DNA of 61,840 nucleotides, filler included, from Choristocarpus tenellus KU-1152 (lineage: Eukaryota; Protista; Phaeophyceae), in assembly GCA_964200185.2 (NCBI GenBank). It is 12 parts of 12 records of this genome, joined end to end, with 100 filler letters (N's around TTAATTAATTAA, not from the genome) between each part and the next. Parts side by side here need not be neighbours in the genome. Positions count along the whole stretch, not along the records: positions 49,541 to 52,589 come from CAXNAD020022689.1; positions 52,690 to 59,018 come from CAXNAD020008374.1; positions 59,119 to 61,840 come from CAXNAD020025305.1; 9 more parts are not named here. One strand, 5' to 3'. Position 1 is the stretch's first letter. The number at the start of each line of letters is the position of its first letter. The position numbers and the translations under genes are program-made. Shown here one piece after another: positions 50,318 through 61,840 of the stretch. Under the pieces are notes generated by a model, which worked only from the letters and a program-made list of their open reading frames with translations, did no database searches and had not been told where the DNA came from.

Positions 50318-51444
50318 GCTCCCATTCGGAAAAAAAAGCGACAGAAATTTTTCCTCTCGGCTTTACTAAAATAAAAAAAGAGTTACGAAAATGACTAAAA
50401 ATAATAAAAATTTAACGATAAAAATAAAAGGGTTGCAAAAAAACTGACTCCGTGAAAAACCCCCAAAATATTTCAGACAGAACAAAAAAAAAGTTCGCAC
50501 GATGAACCCCACCCATGCCATAAATAAAAATTAAATAAATCACTGACTCCGCCGACTGACCCACGGAACAATCGACCAAAAAAAAGGTTCCTCCCCTGCC
50601 CGCTTCTGCTGCCCACCTACAGAAAATTCAGAGAAAATTCACAGAGTTTCGTACCGAACAGCTCTCTTCTTCCTTCAACTGGGACGGAGCGTGTCAAGAG
50701 GGAGGAAAAAAATTACTTTTTTTTCATGGGATAAAAAAAAAAGTCTGGTAGTGAGGAACCTTCTGAGCGCAGTCCCATCCATCGGACGCACGAAGAGTTT
50801 GTTGCCCCCTAGTAGTAGGTTAGTAGGTGGAACAAACAGACAGGCGTTTTTCTCCTTGAAAAGAAAAGAAAAAATGTGTATCAAAATCAGATCGGAGGTG
50901 GAGTAGAGAGAGAGAGGCCGCAAACAATCGCCGCAACACCCTTACAAAATAAATACAAACAAAAAGTTGACCAAAAATAAAATATAAAATATTCCAAAAA
51001 AATGTAAAAAAAAAAAACTCGAGACCAAAAATACACAAAACAAAAATGTAAAAAACTCGACCGAAAAAATAGTAGAGAACAAAAATCCTCCAAAAAAATG
51101 TCAAAAAACTTGTTTATTCCTAAAAAAAAATGTACACTATTCCAAAAAAACAAAAACAAAAAATCAACCAAAAATAGAAATAAATACTCCAAAAACATAA
51201 TAAATGCATATTCTCCTCTGGGTTGCGATAATACCTACCTAGCCCTAACCCTAACTAGCGTAGTAGCAAAAAAAAAGAAACACACCTCCGATATGTGTCA
51301 GGTTAGGGTTAGGTCAGGCGAACCTGTTCTGCAGCGAGAAGTTGTATCTGTTGTTTGATGATGTTGTTCACTGGCTGAGTCAGAATAAGGTACATGTCCT
51401 CAACCGTCAAGGGCTTCACAGTCACTCGAATGGGCAGCCTTCCC

Positions 51445-51537
51445 TGTATTGTATTGCATTGTATTGTATTGTATTATATTTTATTGTATTGTGTTGTATT
51501 TTAGTGCATTTTATTGTATTAGATTGTACTGTATTGA
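51445..51537. repeat. Degenerate (TATTG)n microsatellite
   Basis: Long run of TATTG-like pentamers. Confidence 0.85.
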
Positions 51538-54500
51538 CATCAACAAGTCACTACCATATGTAAAAAAATAAAAAATAAAGAACACTGATGTCCATGAGGG
51601 ATGTCAGTAAACTATCTTCAGACTAGTTTGGATGTGATTTATTGAGTTTGTGTGATCATGTAATAAAAAAAAATGTAAGTTACTTCATCCATCCATCCAT
51701 CCATCCAAAGGATCCTTTCTTCTACATCCTAGACATATCCACAAGACACAAGGGGGCGACCATGAATCTTCAATTCAAAAGTATCCTGGATGGGGGGGGT
51801 ACTGTTGGCATCTATCTGTGGGAGAGAGAGAGAGAAAGAGCCTTTTCCTTATACTTCAAATCTCTTCTTAAAAAAATGTTTATAACTCAAACATCTTTAG
51901 TTTTTTTTTTTTCATACTTCAAATCTCTTCTTAAAAAAAAAAATCTTCACACTTCAAATATCTTCACTTACTTGCCACACCCATCCCCCCACTCTCTAAC
52001 CCACAACAACAAAAGTTACAGCTTTATCCAGGGGGTCACATCTGACACACTCACACCCACCAAACCACCATGTGTTTGAACAGAAGCATAGAGCCAGTCC
52101 AACACCGCCTCCAAATCTGGGATTCTGCCTGACAAGACACCGGAGGTACTACAACCCCCCCCCCCCCCCCCCCCCGCCTCCAAAACTACCCCCCAAAAAA
52201 AACAAAAATCTCAACCAACACAACAAAATACTTTTTTACAATGANNNNNNNNNNAACCCACCACCACCCCCCCCCCACAAGAGTGTACTCCCACAAACAA
52301 CCCCCCCGAGCCACCCCCCCCCCCCCCCCCCCCCCCCATGGTCCCAAAAATCCCCCCCAAAATAAATAAGCGTATTCCATATCATGAACATATTTCTTTT
52401 TTACAGTCATACCATACCCCGACTACAAAACCAAAACCCCGTTGAAGTCTTTTCACCAATCAGAATACACGTAACAATCAGCATAGAATTAAATGTGTGT
52501 GTGTGGGGGGGGGGGGGGAAAGGGGGGCCAAGGAAACCCAAACAGCGGGGGAAACCGACCCCTTCCCCCCCCCAGGACACCCTTTATTTNNNNNNNNNNN
52601 NNNNNNNNNNNNNNNNNNNNNNNNNNNNNNNNNTTAATTAATTAANNNNNNNNNNNNNNNNNNNNNNNNNNNNNNNNNNNNNNNNNNNNGGGGGATTCGC
52701 ATGTTGAAAGGGGGGGAAGGGCTTTACTTGTCTGACCTTTTTTTAACGATGAAGTAGAGCTTTTTGAAGTGCACAAGGCGTCTGTTCTTGTGTAGGTTTT
52801 CTAGACACGACAATTATACTATCGGAGTGGTGGCACATATATAAGACCGTTGAAATGCCCTTTCAAGAAGAAAACAGTTCCGTGATGGATGCCGCCCCTG
52901 ACATCGACCAAGAGTATTTTGAAGGCTGCGACCTTTTCCACGAGGAGTTTCTAGGTGTTAAATGTGCTCTCGTAAAAGGCGGCAAGGTTTGACAAGGTTT
53001 GGCAAGGTTTATGCGGCTGAATGTGGTCAATCTTAGGTTGTGTCGACCTGGCCGTGTGCGTAAGGGGGTGACAGCAGTATCTCCTTGAGTGGGTGCCCTG
53101 ATTGCAACCAAGCTCCCCGAAAAGGCGTACCTTTGAGATAAGGCGTACCTTCTAGGTGTTGAACGTGAAAACATACACGGAAACAATCTAGAGGCTGTGT
53201 GTCAAGGTGTTTGTTTGGTGATGGAAGTCAGGGCCTCCATACAACGTGTGGCATTTTGAAGCGTGAAGACCAGTGGATCCAGCGCTTGTGGCCATACATT
53301 CTATCGTCAACAGCAACAGGGGGACTGAGGTGACTAGTGCAGTCTGCAATCTAGGTTCGATGCTGTTGTCCAATCCACTATCGATCATCAGTGTGGAGAC
53401 CTCGCGCCTTCCATGTGGCGGTGGTGTGTGCCTTCCATCACATTCCCACAGTCCTACCCTGATTGATGCTGCTGTATCGTGATGTGTGACAGTAGACCTT
53501 GCCGTGGTATACCCTCTCCTATTTCAATCCTAAAGTGCTGTTGCACTTTGTATCGCCAAGTGCTATCTATCACCCACGATAGGTCTGTGTCTCACCATGA
53601 TAAACATTTCCATACTTGGTCCAGGATTACACCCAGGGATAAGGAGGTGGTATGTTGTTTGTTGTAAATTGGCAGGTGTGTGTCATTTGGATCACTGACA
53701 ACACATCTCTTGCGTTATGATGAGATTAGAATGAGCTTCTACTGCAGACCTTTCACAATGAGGATGAGGTTGATGCTCTTGACCTCTCAAACACAGGGGT
53801 GTGAGTGCTCAAGTTGAAATCGTGTGATCACACTTGTGCAGGAACGACAGGGTAGACTTGCCCACCTTGACATTACTTTTTCGACCAGTCTATGGACATT
53901 CAGCAGGTACCTCCTTGTGGCAATGGTGACCATTACAATAGAGGAGGGGTCTGATGATGGGTGTGGACGATCCACACCTTAACTTCTGCGACATCATGTA
54001 CTATCTTGAGATGTTCAAAATATGATGCTCAGACATTACCACTGAACTTCTTTTTGAAGAATGATTATTGAATACTCTGACTGGATTTGGTGACTTTTGA
54101 TCCTTCTCTTGAATATGTCTAGTCCTGATGAAAGGGTTGTGTTAATTATTATTTTTTGCCAGTAGCCATTTTGCAGATGTTGTGGAGAAAAGGGCAGGTG
54201 TTTAGAATGACATTGAAAGCAAGGGCTGTACATAAAATGGAAAATGATAAGAATGTGATTTACTTTAACTGCACCTGTAGTAGATTTTACGTTAGGGTTG
54301 TACCATGCGCAGATTGCTTTTGTGCTATGCTATTTCTAGAAGGAAACGGTATTATTGGGTGTGCAAGTGGTAGACTCGATATACTTTAAGTAATAACTAG
54401 CTTTGACTGAGCGAGGTGTTCAGTCCACTTGAACTTACCTGTTGTGTATGTCTGGAACTGTGTATTGCGTATGGCGTGCAATTTTTATTAGAGTGAAATG

Positions 54501-57500
54501 TGGGGCTGCTCCAGAAGATTGACTTTGGTTATACTGCAAAGTGTGTATATATATGCAGCTACCATGGATGTCTCTGATCGAAAGTGAGTGATGCAGCATT
54601 GTTGCTACCATGCCACTGTAGTACCAATTATCGCAAAGGACATTGTTGCTCCTCCCTACATCAGTGCAACTGCATGGACAGTTAGTTACCTACGTGTACC
54701 CCTCTCACCAAGCCGTAGGCATTCCTGTAGTTATTGTTGTATCAGATTCTAGGCCAAAGCCGATTGATACTGTTGAGTTTATGCGCTCTCCCTAAGAAGC
54801 TCCGCTGCTTATTTGTGCGTGGCCGAAGAGAGTCTTGTGGAAATGGACTATCGACTACATTTTATTTGCAGTCTAGTTGATAGCAGTATGTAGGACAGTG
54901 AGAAGATATTTTTATTTATTGTAGTACTGTCACGTAGACGGGAGACTGTTGTGCTGGAAAAAGCATGTACCAACTTACACACGCAAGCTTATACTTGACC
55001 CTATTCTACTTGAACTAACTGCAGTTATGGTGGGTGATGGGTCGATTGCTTTGTCGTTCGAGAGTAGTCGACTACTTTAGCATGTTGTGATGATGAAGAT
55101 GATAATACTTGGATTACGTAACATTCGTTTCTTTCCTTCAAAAGCGGGGGAGAAATGACGCAGGTATCAATGCTCTGATCTGTTGTTTCATGGTTGTTCC
55201 TATCATTGTAGTTTTTATGTGTATATGATGACAAACCCTCCGCCTGCGGGCAGGTCTTTCCTTGAGACAATTGTTGTGACTTAGCACAAACCTCAACTAA
55301 AAAGAGCCTTCTTTGTCGCCCAACGCATTTTTCTGTGTATGAAGGCATCCTGACGTGATTACGACAATAACGATAGCATCCTGGGTTTAAATCATTTCTC
55401 CCCGAGTGATTCCCCCCCATGGGACTGTTGGTCATGAAGGGTTGGCCAGTCACTTTTGCTTTTGTGTTCGTGTGCAGACAGAACCAACACTGGGCAAGGG
55501 GGTAAAGTGAGGGACTGGTACCTGGGAGCCAATCCTCAGCTGTAACCATTTCAGAGCTCAAACTCACATGTTTTGTGCTTGTGTTTCTTTGTCATCAACT
55601 TCACACGGTTGTTGTGAAACCCCGATCTAAAGAAACTTCAGAGCAAGACCCAATAACAGAGGGAGGTCCTCACGCCGCATACTCTGTTTAATCCTCCTTC
55701 GTCATGGCGCCAACTTAAGCCCTTAACAACCCAGTATCGAGTGAGATACTAAGGTCTCAGTAACTCCTGCAACAGTATTTTTTAATGCCTAAGAGAAAAT
55801 TGCGTATTCCAAACACCAACACTTTTTAAAATCCAATTTGGACACTCTGACGAGCTTCATCATTCCCAACGATTGCTCCCTCCTATACACCGATCAAGTC
55901 CGTCCCAAGTCTACTGTAAGTGAGAGCGACATTCTGCCCCAGAGGCATTGTACAACGCTTGTCCACGTCAATATAATAGACCCAAACAAAGAAAGCAGTC
56001 GTGCAGCCAGGATGGCTTCAAGACAACTCTCCTCAACCAACAGAATTGTTTCAATTTCGTTGTTTCCTGGGACCTAATATTCCTAGGTAGTTTCTGTCAA
56101 TGCACTGTAGATTCCGGTGGTGGAGCAGGTAATAGTTGGTAGAGTCAGTGTTTGATCTGTCGAAGGCCTGTTACATTCATTGTGTGGACAGTCCTTAAGT
56201 GCATCTGATGTGTGAAATCATGCGCCAGATGTGTTCGTTTTGATCGTGTTCCACTATTTGTGTTCCATTTTTGATGTGCCAGTCGAACATAGGACAATTT
56301 TCTATGCGATTCATGAGTACTTCATTTGGACGAACTCGATTCCCCACATCACTGGATAGGACGGGGAATGTTGGTGTTCCAACTGTTCAGTCCGTGAAAA
56401 TCAAGGTCAAACCAGCCTTGAGGCATGTAATGCATACGTACTCACACCGATTTGTTTTGTCCTGTACCAACTCAATGTGATGTTCGCCGTGCTATAGCGC
56501 GTCGAGCAATCCCCTCTGGGTCTGGTGTGTATGTGTGTTTATTGGATGTTTCAAGGTGGTTTTGCTTGTTATACAGTGTCGCGCACATCAGATACACAGG
56601 AGAACTCTGTCCACTCAATATAACAATTGGTGTGGTAGATCTTATCATAGGCCCTACAACCCATTTCCTACAAAAACCTCACTTCTAAGTTTATCCCTCA
56701 TCCAACCCCCGCCATACACAAGCTACTACTTCTTTTGCATCCTCTGCCGTACACACCGGGTTCCACCTGTACAACTATGCGTGCTGTGCAAGAAAGTATG
56801 TCGAAGTCAAGACTGACTACCAGGGATATAATAAAGAAAAAACAGCATACGACTGTGTCTCCGCCTTCCAAACGTGCTTGATCTGTCTCTATATCCAACC
56901 CTGCCGTTTCAACTCATATCGCATCTTACCGCCCTTCGCCGTTTTTTAGTGACCCCTAACATTGGTTGCCTCCAAGGGAGTCAGGCACTTACTGTGTAGA
57001 CTCCGATTGCTACCTTCTGTAGCCTCGTCTCATGCAGTGAGACACTCCCCCAGCCACGTGTATGCTGATTTAGTCATATGACGCCCTGGTATTTGACACC
57101 TGGTTCAACATACCATGTAGGATGCAGTATGATATTACAGTTTGTCCTGCTGACCACATGGTATTGTCATTAAGTGTCTCGTGCTTTAAGAAGCACTTAC
57201 ATCCTAAGATGCTTAGAGTTTGCTGAGACAACTCCTTTGTTTGCCTTCTTCTCTTCCAAGCTTGACATGGACAGGAGCACATGCACTCCTGATGAACACT
57301 TTGGTCTGTATCCCCTCCCACAAATAAGAGCACCCTAAAATCTTCAATGTCTTTTCACCTCCAAAAAGCATGGAATGGCCATTACAACACTCCATCACCT
57401 AAGGCCTCAATAGAAGAGGACACTAATACAAAAAATCTTTTCATCCAACAGATGATCGTATCTTTCTCCAAGGCGTTACACACTTTCACTATTGGATGCC

Positions 57501-58948
57501 ACTGGATGCTTCCATGCTACAAAGGAAATGTCATCACGTTGTTGTACATGAGTTCTACTCAGTACTAAATGCCAAACACCACCAGCTTCCAACACAAGTA
57601 TTTCACCCAGATGGTAGTGTCTTGCCACCTCTACAATCCCTTTTTCTCTTTCTGAACCGTTTTCTAATCCCAATCCCTCTCAATTCGAAATCCTAGCTCA
57701 TCTTATCTTCGGATCGAACATTTGCACTTGTGACCAACTTTGTAAATCTTGCTTTTTTTTTAAAGCGGAGGATGAACTTGGGCTGCTGGCCTGAGCGAGC
57801 CCCAAAGCTCTGATTTCTATCTCTGCGGCCCGACTCTTCTTTCTCTCTCTCCAGCTTGATGACCTTCCTGGCCTCAGGATCTCAGACTTCACCATAACCC
57901 TCCTCACCCAACACCCCACCAAAACCTCAAGAGCTCTGACTGCTTGCATAGAAATTGCTTCCAACTGGGCAGGCTCACAATCCTTCAAAATATCACAGTT
58001 TGATACAAAATATCACAGTTTGATGCTTCAATCGGATGCCTTCACTCACTCTCCCTGCGTCTCTTTGGCACACTTCACTGAACCGCTGCAACCACAGGTG
58101 TAGTTCCAGATCACAAGTGAACTGATCTTCTATCCCTTTTTATTGGTTGAAGTCAGCCCCTTTCAATCCCAACAAATCCCAACCCCTAAAGAAGCATCAT
58201 CCCTCCCCAGCATACTCCACCATGCTCTCGTGACAAGATGAACCTCTCACAAACAGGACTGATGCGGTTGATCTCAGACTGCACTACTGGGAATTTCTTC
58301 CCAAAATTGCTATTGCTGACGTTTCGTTTTTCCCAGCGATTTCTGTCCTTTCCGTTCCCTCTATTTGGTCTTCATCTTTTCCCCTTCCTTCACCTTGCTG
58401 ATGGGTGCCTTAGAGGCGGAAGGAGGAAAAACTCCGTCGCTCTATCAGAAGAAGTGTCTGCCAACTCCCCTACCTACCTTGAGGGTCATCCTACCGAAGC
58501 CCCTGGTGCTGGCTGCACCCACCAGACCCTTCCGCCACCTAATCTTTGTACAGGAGATGAGTAATGTAGCCTGTGATGGGGAGGTTGATTCGAGGTTGAT
58601 TCGGGAGTTGGCCAACATGCCAACTCTCGATGTGTTTTAATTCCAGTCGGGGGAGATGAAAACACAAGAGGAAGACATCCAATATTCAATGCAGTTGCAC
58701 ACAGGCCCCCCAAGCAGAAAACCGCCGTTTGATGTACGATCTGTGTTGGAGAGAGGTCAACCACATCCGACCTAAGGTAGACTAATGCGACTAGTATACG
58801 TTTCTACTACTGATGAGATTGGGAATATTAACGGAAAGGGAGATGCCTAAGAAATACGGCGAAGAAGGTAAGGTCCTCGAACACAACAATTGGCCGAATG
58901 CCCTTGGGTTGCATCATCCCAAACCTAAGTTTTGTGTTGAGGGACATT

Positions 58949-59018
58949 GACCCAAAGTATCTGGGAGGGGGGGGGGTGTCTACACCAGGGTGTCCATTTG
59001 GACCAAAATCAGGAAAAG
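58949..59018 (+). mobile_element. MITE family A, truncated by the gap
   Basis: GACCCAAAGTATCTGGGAGGGG...CAGGGTGTCCATTTGGACCAAAATCAGG. Confidence 0.85.
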
Positions 59019-59902
59019 NNNNNNNNNNNNNNNNNNNNNNNNNNNNNNNNNNNNNNNNNNNNTTAATTAATTAANNNNNNNNNNNNNNNNNNNNNNNNNN
59101 NNNNNNNNNNNNNNNNNNGTCGTTTGAAGGTCGTTGGATTTGAGTTGTACATCCTGGAAAGGTGAGCATTGAGGGGCGCCTGTAACATTGCATATGCTGT
59201 ACCATATATTTTGAAGGTCTGACGGTCACCCAACCAATGAAAACTCTTCAGCTTAAGCAGACTAATCTTGTCATCATACTTCATACTTCTAATAGCCAAT
59301 CATGGATCTGTTCGTCTGTTGTTTGTTGGTCCGTAGTATTAAAGAATGCTATGTTACCAGTACCAACCTCTTATTCTCGCGCATCTGCTCGCGCGCGACC
59401 TCACAACATGGGGTCTTTCATTAAGTCTTTCAAGAATATGTAAGATATTTGAACTTCCCAGTTCACATTCTAAAATATGTGTGTAGTTTGCACTTTGAGC
59501 CAGAAACAGTACCTGTGCATTGGCTATAGTGATAATACATTCGCTACCAAGGAAACGAGTGGTGACTGCAGAGTCACTCTGTTCGATAGATTACGACAAA
59601 AGCTGTCCGGGAGGGGAAATATCTTTGCCGAATCTATTGCAGTAAGCAGGAAGGGGGTGTTCTAGCAAGGGCCAACCCTGGTCGGAAAGTGCCACATTAG
59701 TGCATTCAATGAAGAGTGGTACGGGTATCATCGTCCATTGATGAACCACCAATCGCATATTAGCAACTGCCTGCCAAGGCCACGAAGAACCTATACTGAA
59801 GGCGTGGAGATGATCAGAAGGTATCTTGAAGGAGTGAAACTCAGGTAGTAATGTGCCCAGGACCTGTGGCCGAGTTGAAGGTTGGTACTTCGCCAAACCT
59901 TT

Positions 59903-60153
59903 GAGCCAAAGCATTTATGTGGGTAGGAGTTTTGTTCTGTTTGTCCGTTCGGGACTTGGTCTCTTTTTAATGCCCTTTTTCGGTTTTCTGTGTGAACGCA
60001 GTTACGTAGAATGTATACGACTATGAGAGGTGTGTCCGGAGGAAGGATATTGACACTTGCTAACAAAGACGATAGACAGAATTAATCGAAATCGAAACAT
60101 TGGATTGATGATCCCAAACGGACGCGACCCCACCCTCCTAAATGATTTGGATA
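59903..60153 (+). mobile_element. MITE family B, diverged complete copy
   Basis: GAGCCAAAGCATTTATGTGGGTA ... CACCCTCCTAAATGATTTGGATA; internal GGATATTGACACTTGCTAACAAA is shared with the 23417 copy. Confidence 0.85.
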
Positions 60154-61840
60154 TTTTCGAACCGAGTCTGGAGGATCAAAGTATTTTCCTTCGTGTCTCG
60201 TTGTGTCCCACATCAACTTGTAAGCGTGTAAAAATAGGATAATCGTAAGGTGTATCCTGTTTTTGTGCATGTGAGATTATGACATTGAATTGAGTCCATG
60301 TGATGTAACTAATGAGATAGTAAATCTGGATTATGTATGGGGTTTAGTATTGCAGTTAAACTTCACTGACATAACCATTGACTTGCATCTGAGGCACAAA
60401 TAATAATATAAAAGCAATAAGAAGACATCCCACAAGGTCACTCTTCTTTTCAGTCATGTAATCATATTCAGCAATGGGGAATCGTGCGAGGCTCCCATAT
60501 CTTTCTTCTCTCTTCTTCCATACTGAGACAAACGGCAGTATAAATCTGCACAGGTTATGAATGCTTTCCAAAGTTTAACTGCACAGTAAGGGGGGATGTA
60601 CTTGTTGTTGACTGTCCCTGCAAAGTATCGATGCGAAAGTACCCTTACACTCGACCTTGCCCACAACCGTTTCCATCCACAGAAGGATTCAGTCACCCAC
60701 AGAATGCATAGCATGATCGCGATGATCAGGTAGATAGCAGACATGATTGCCCAGAGGGTGTTTCAGGTCACATATTGTAGAAGGGTGTAGTGGATACACG
60801 CGAAAGGGCTTGTCCAAACATTTGACACGAATATAAGTTCATCTGGAATCGTGCCTGACAACTAATGTGTGCGTGTAGCACAGACTACATCTTTATCTCT
60901 CTCTCTCCGCTCTTCCAATCCGGATCTTCAGTTGTGTGCGTTGGATTACTTTTCTCAAAGCAAGGCATGGAATAGACAAGGTCCGTCTTGTCCCCGTTAT
61001 CAACAAGAAGGGTCGCGATTTCCTAGTCCAAAATATGATCAAATAATCAGGTCTGAGTGCATTCCTTACAAAGTCATCAATCAGCATGTCTTCAGACAGG
61101 CACAATGGTGTTCCTTCTTCTGGATTGAAGGATAATGGTGGAGGTGAACCACGTCAGTGCTTCGGACACATGATTGGAGATGGCCACCGTGCGAGGAGTC
61201 TGGAGAATTGAGAGTTGAAAGGATTGGAGCTTCGGAGCGACAACGATCTCTGCATTGAACCCCCTCTTCTAAGATTGCTGCACATCATTCATGGCACCTT
61301 CAGAGTAGTGGAAAGAGCGATACAACATAGAAGACAGCAGACATTTGTGAACGGTTGAAGAAACAAATATAACCTGGAGAGGAGGGTGCAGTGATGACCA
61401 AGCTGAATGATGCAACCTGAGTCTTCGATAATGTGACACTTCGTTCTATATGTTCAATATTTACGGTCATAATAATGTTCCATTCGTGCCTTGGTTTCAG
61501 TTTTATAACAACCTTCTCTATAGAGCCGCAGAGGCTGTCCACCGTGAACACTTTTTTACAAGGCAATGGGGGAGGAAAAATTGCAAAGGCCTGGCTACCG
61601 TGCCCACATGATGCTGATACCCCTTGCAAACGTGATTAACCCGTTGGTGCAGTCTCAACTGAATTGGTGATCATGTCTCCAGTAACTTGGCAGAGGGTGC
61701 CATGAACATCTCAATCTGTCCAACAGGGGACAATGTTATGGACAGTAGAAAATATTTGAAAAGTTGGAATGAGAGAGAGTGAAAGTCATCCAAGAGGTAG
61801 TGAGGATAGCACGCTGGATAAGATACTAGAACAAAACAGG

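Noticed and set aside
49541-52589. Lys-, Phe- and Pro-rich ORFs
   Set aside because: Products of poly-A and poly-C low-complexity, probably low-quality sequence
52690-61840. Fragmentary ORFs suggestive of decayed gag, integrase or transposase
   Set aside because: No intact diagnostic motif could be read; a translated search against TE protein libraries would be needed

Overview
Eukaryotic, intron-rich and transposon-rich DNA from a flagellated organism. It carries a CFAP46-like gene and TTAGGG-type motifs; a brown alga or related stramenopile is my inference, not shown by the sequence. The window is not one locus: it is 12 short contigs joined by an artificial 100-nt linker (N44-TTAATTAATTAA-N44), so adjacency across linkers means nothing. 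Supported host genes: (i) a 5'-truncated protein with ~15 GW/WG motifs spliced to a C-terminal UBA domain, a GW182/TNRC6-like architecture and the best candidate for an undescribed system; (ii) an LC8-family dynein light chain whose intron is bounded by an 11-nt direct repeat; (iii) head-to-head with it, a 9-exon ~1750-aa protein with a beta-propeller-like N-terminus, a central kinesin-5-like motor and an EF-hand-like tail; (iv) five internal exons of a CFAP46-like gene; (v) a spliced Mutator-derived zinc-finger gene with no visible DDE domain; (vi) a small hypothetical gene. The rest is Copia/LTR, LINE and Tc1/mariner-like relics, two related high-copy MITE families that sit at many contig breaks, foldback elements and microsatellites.
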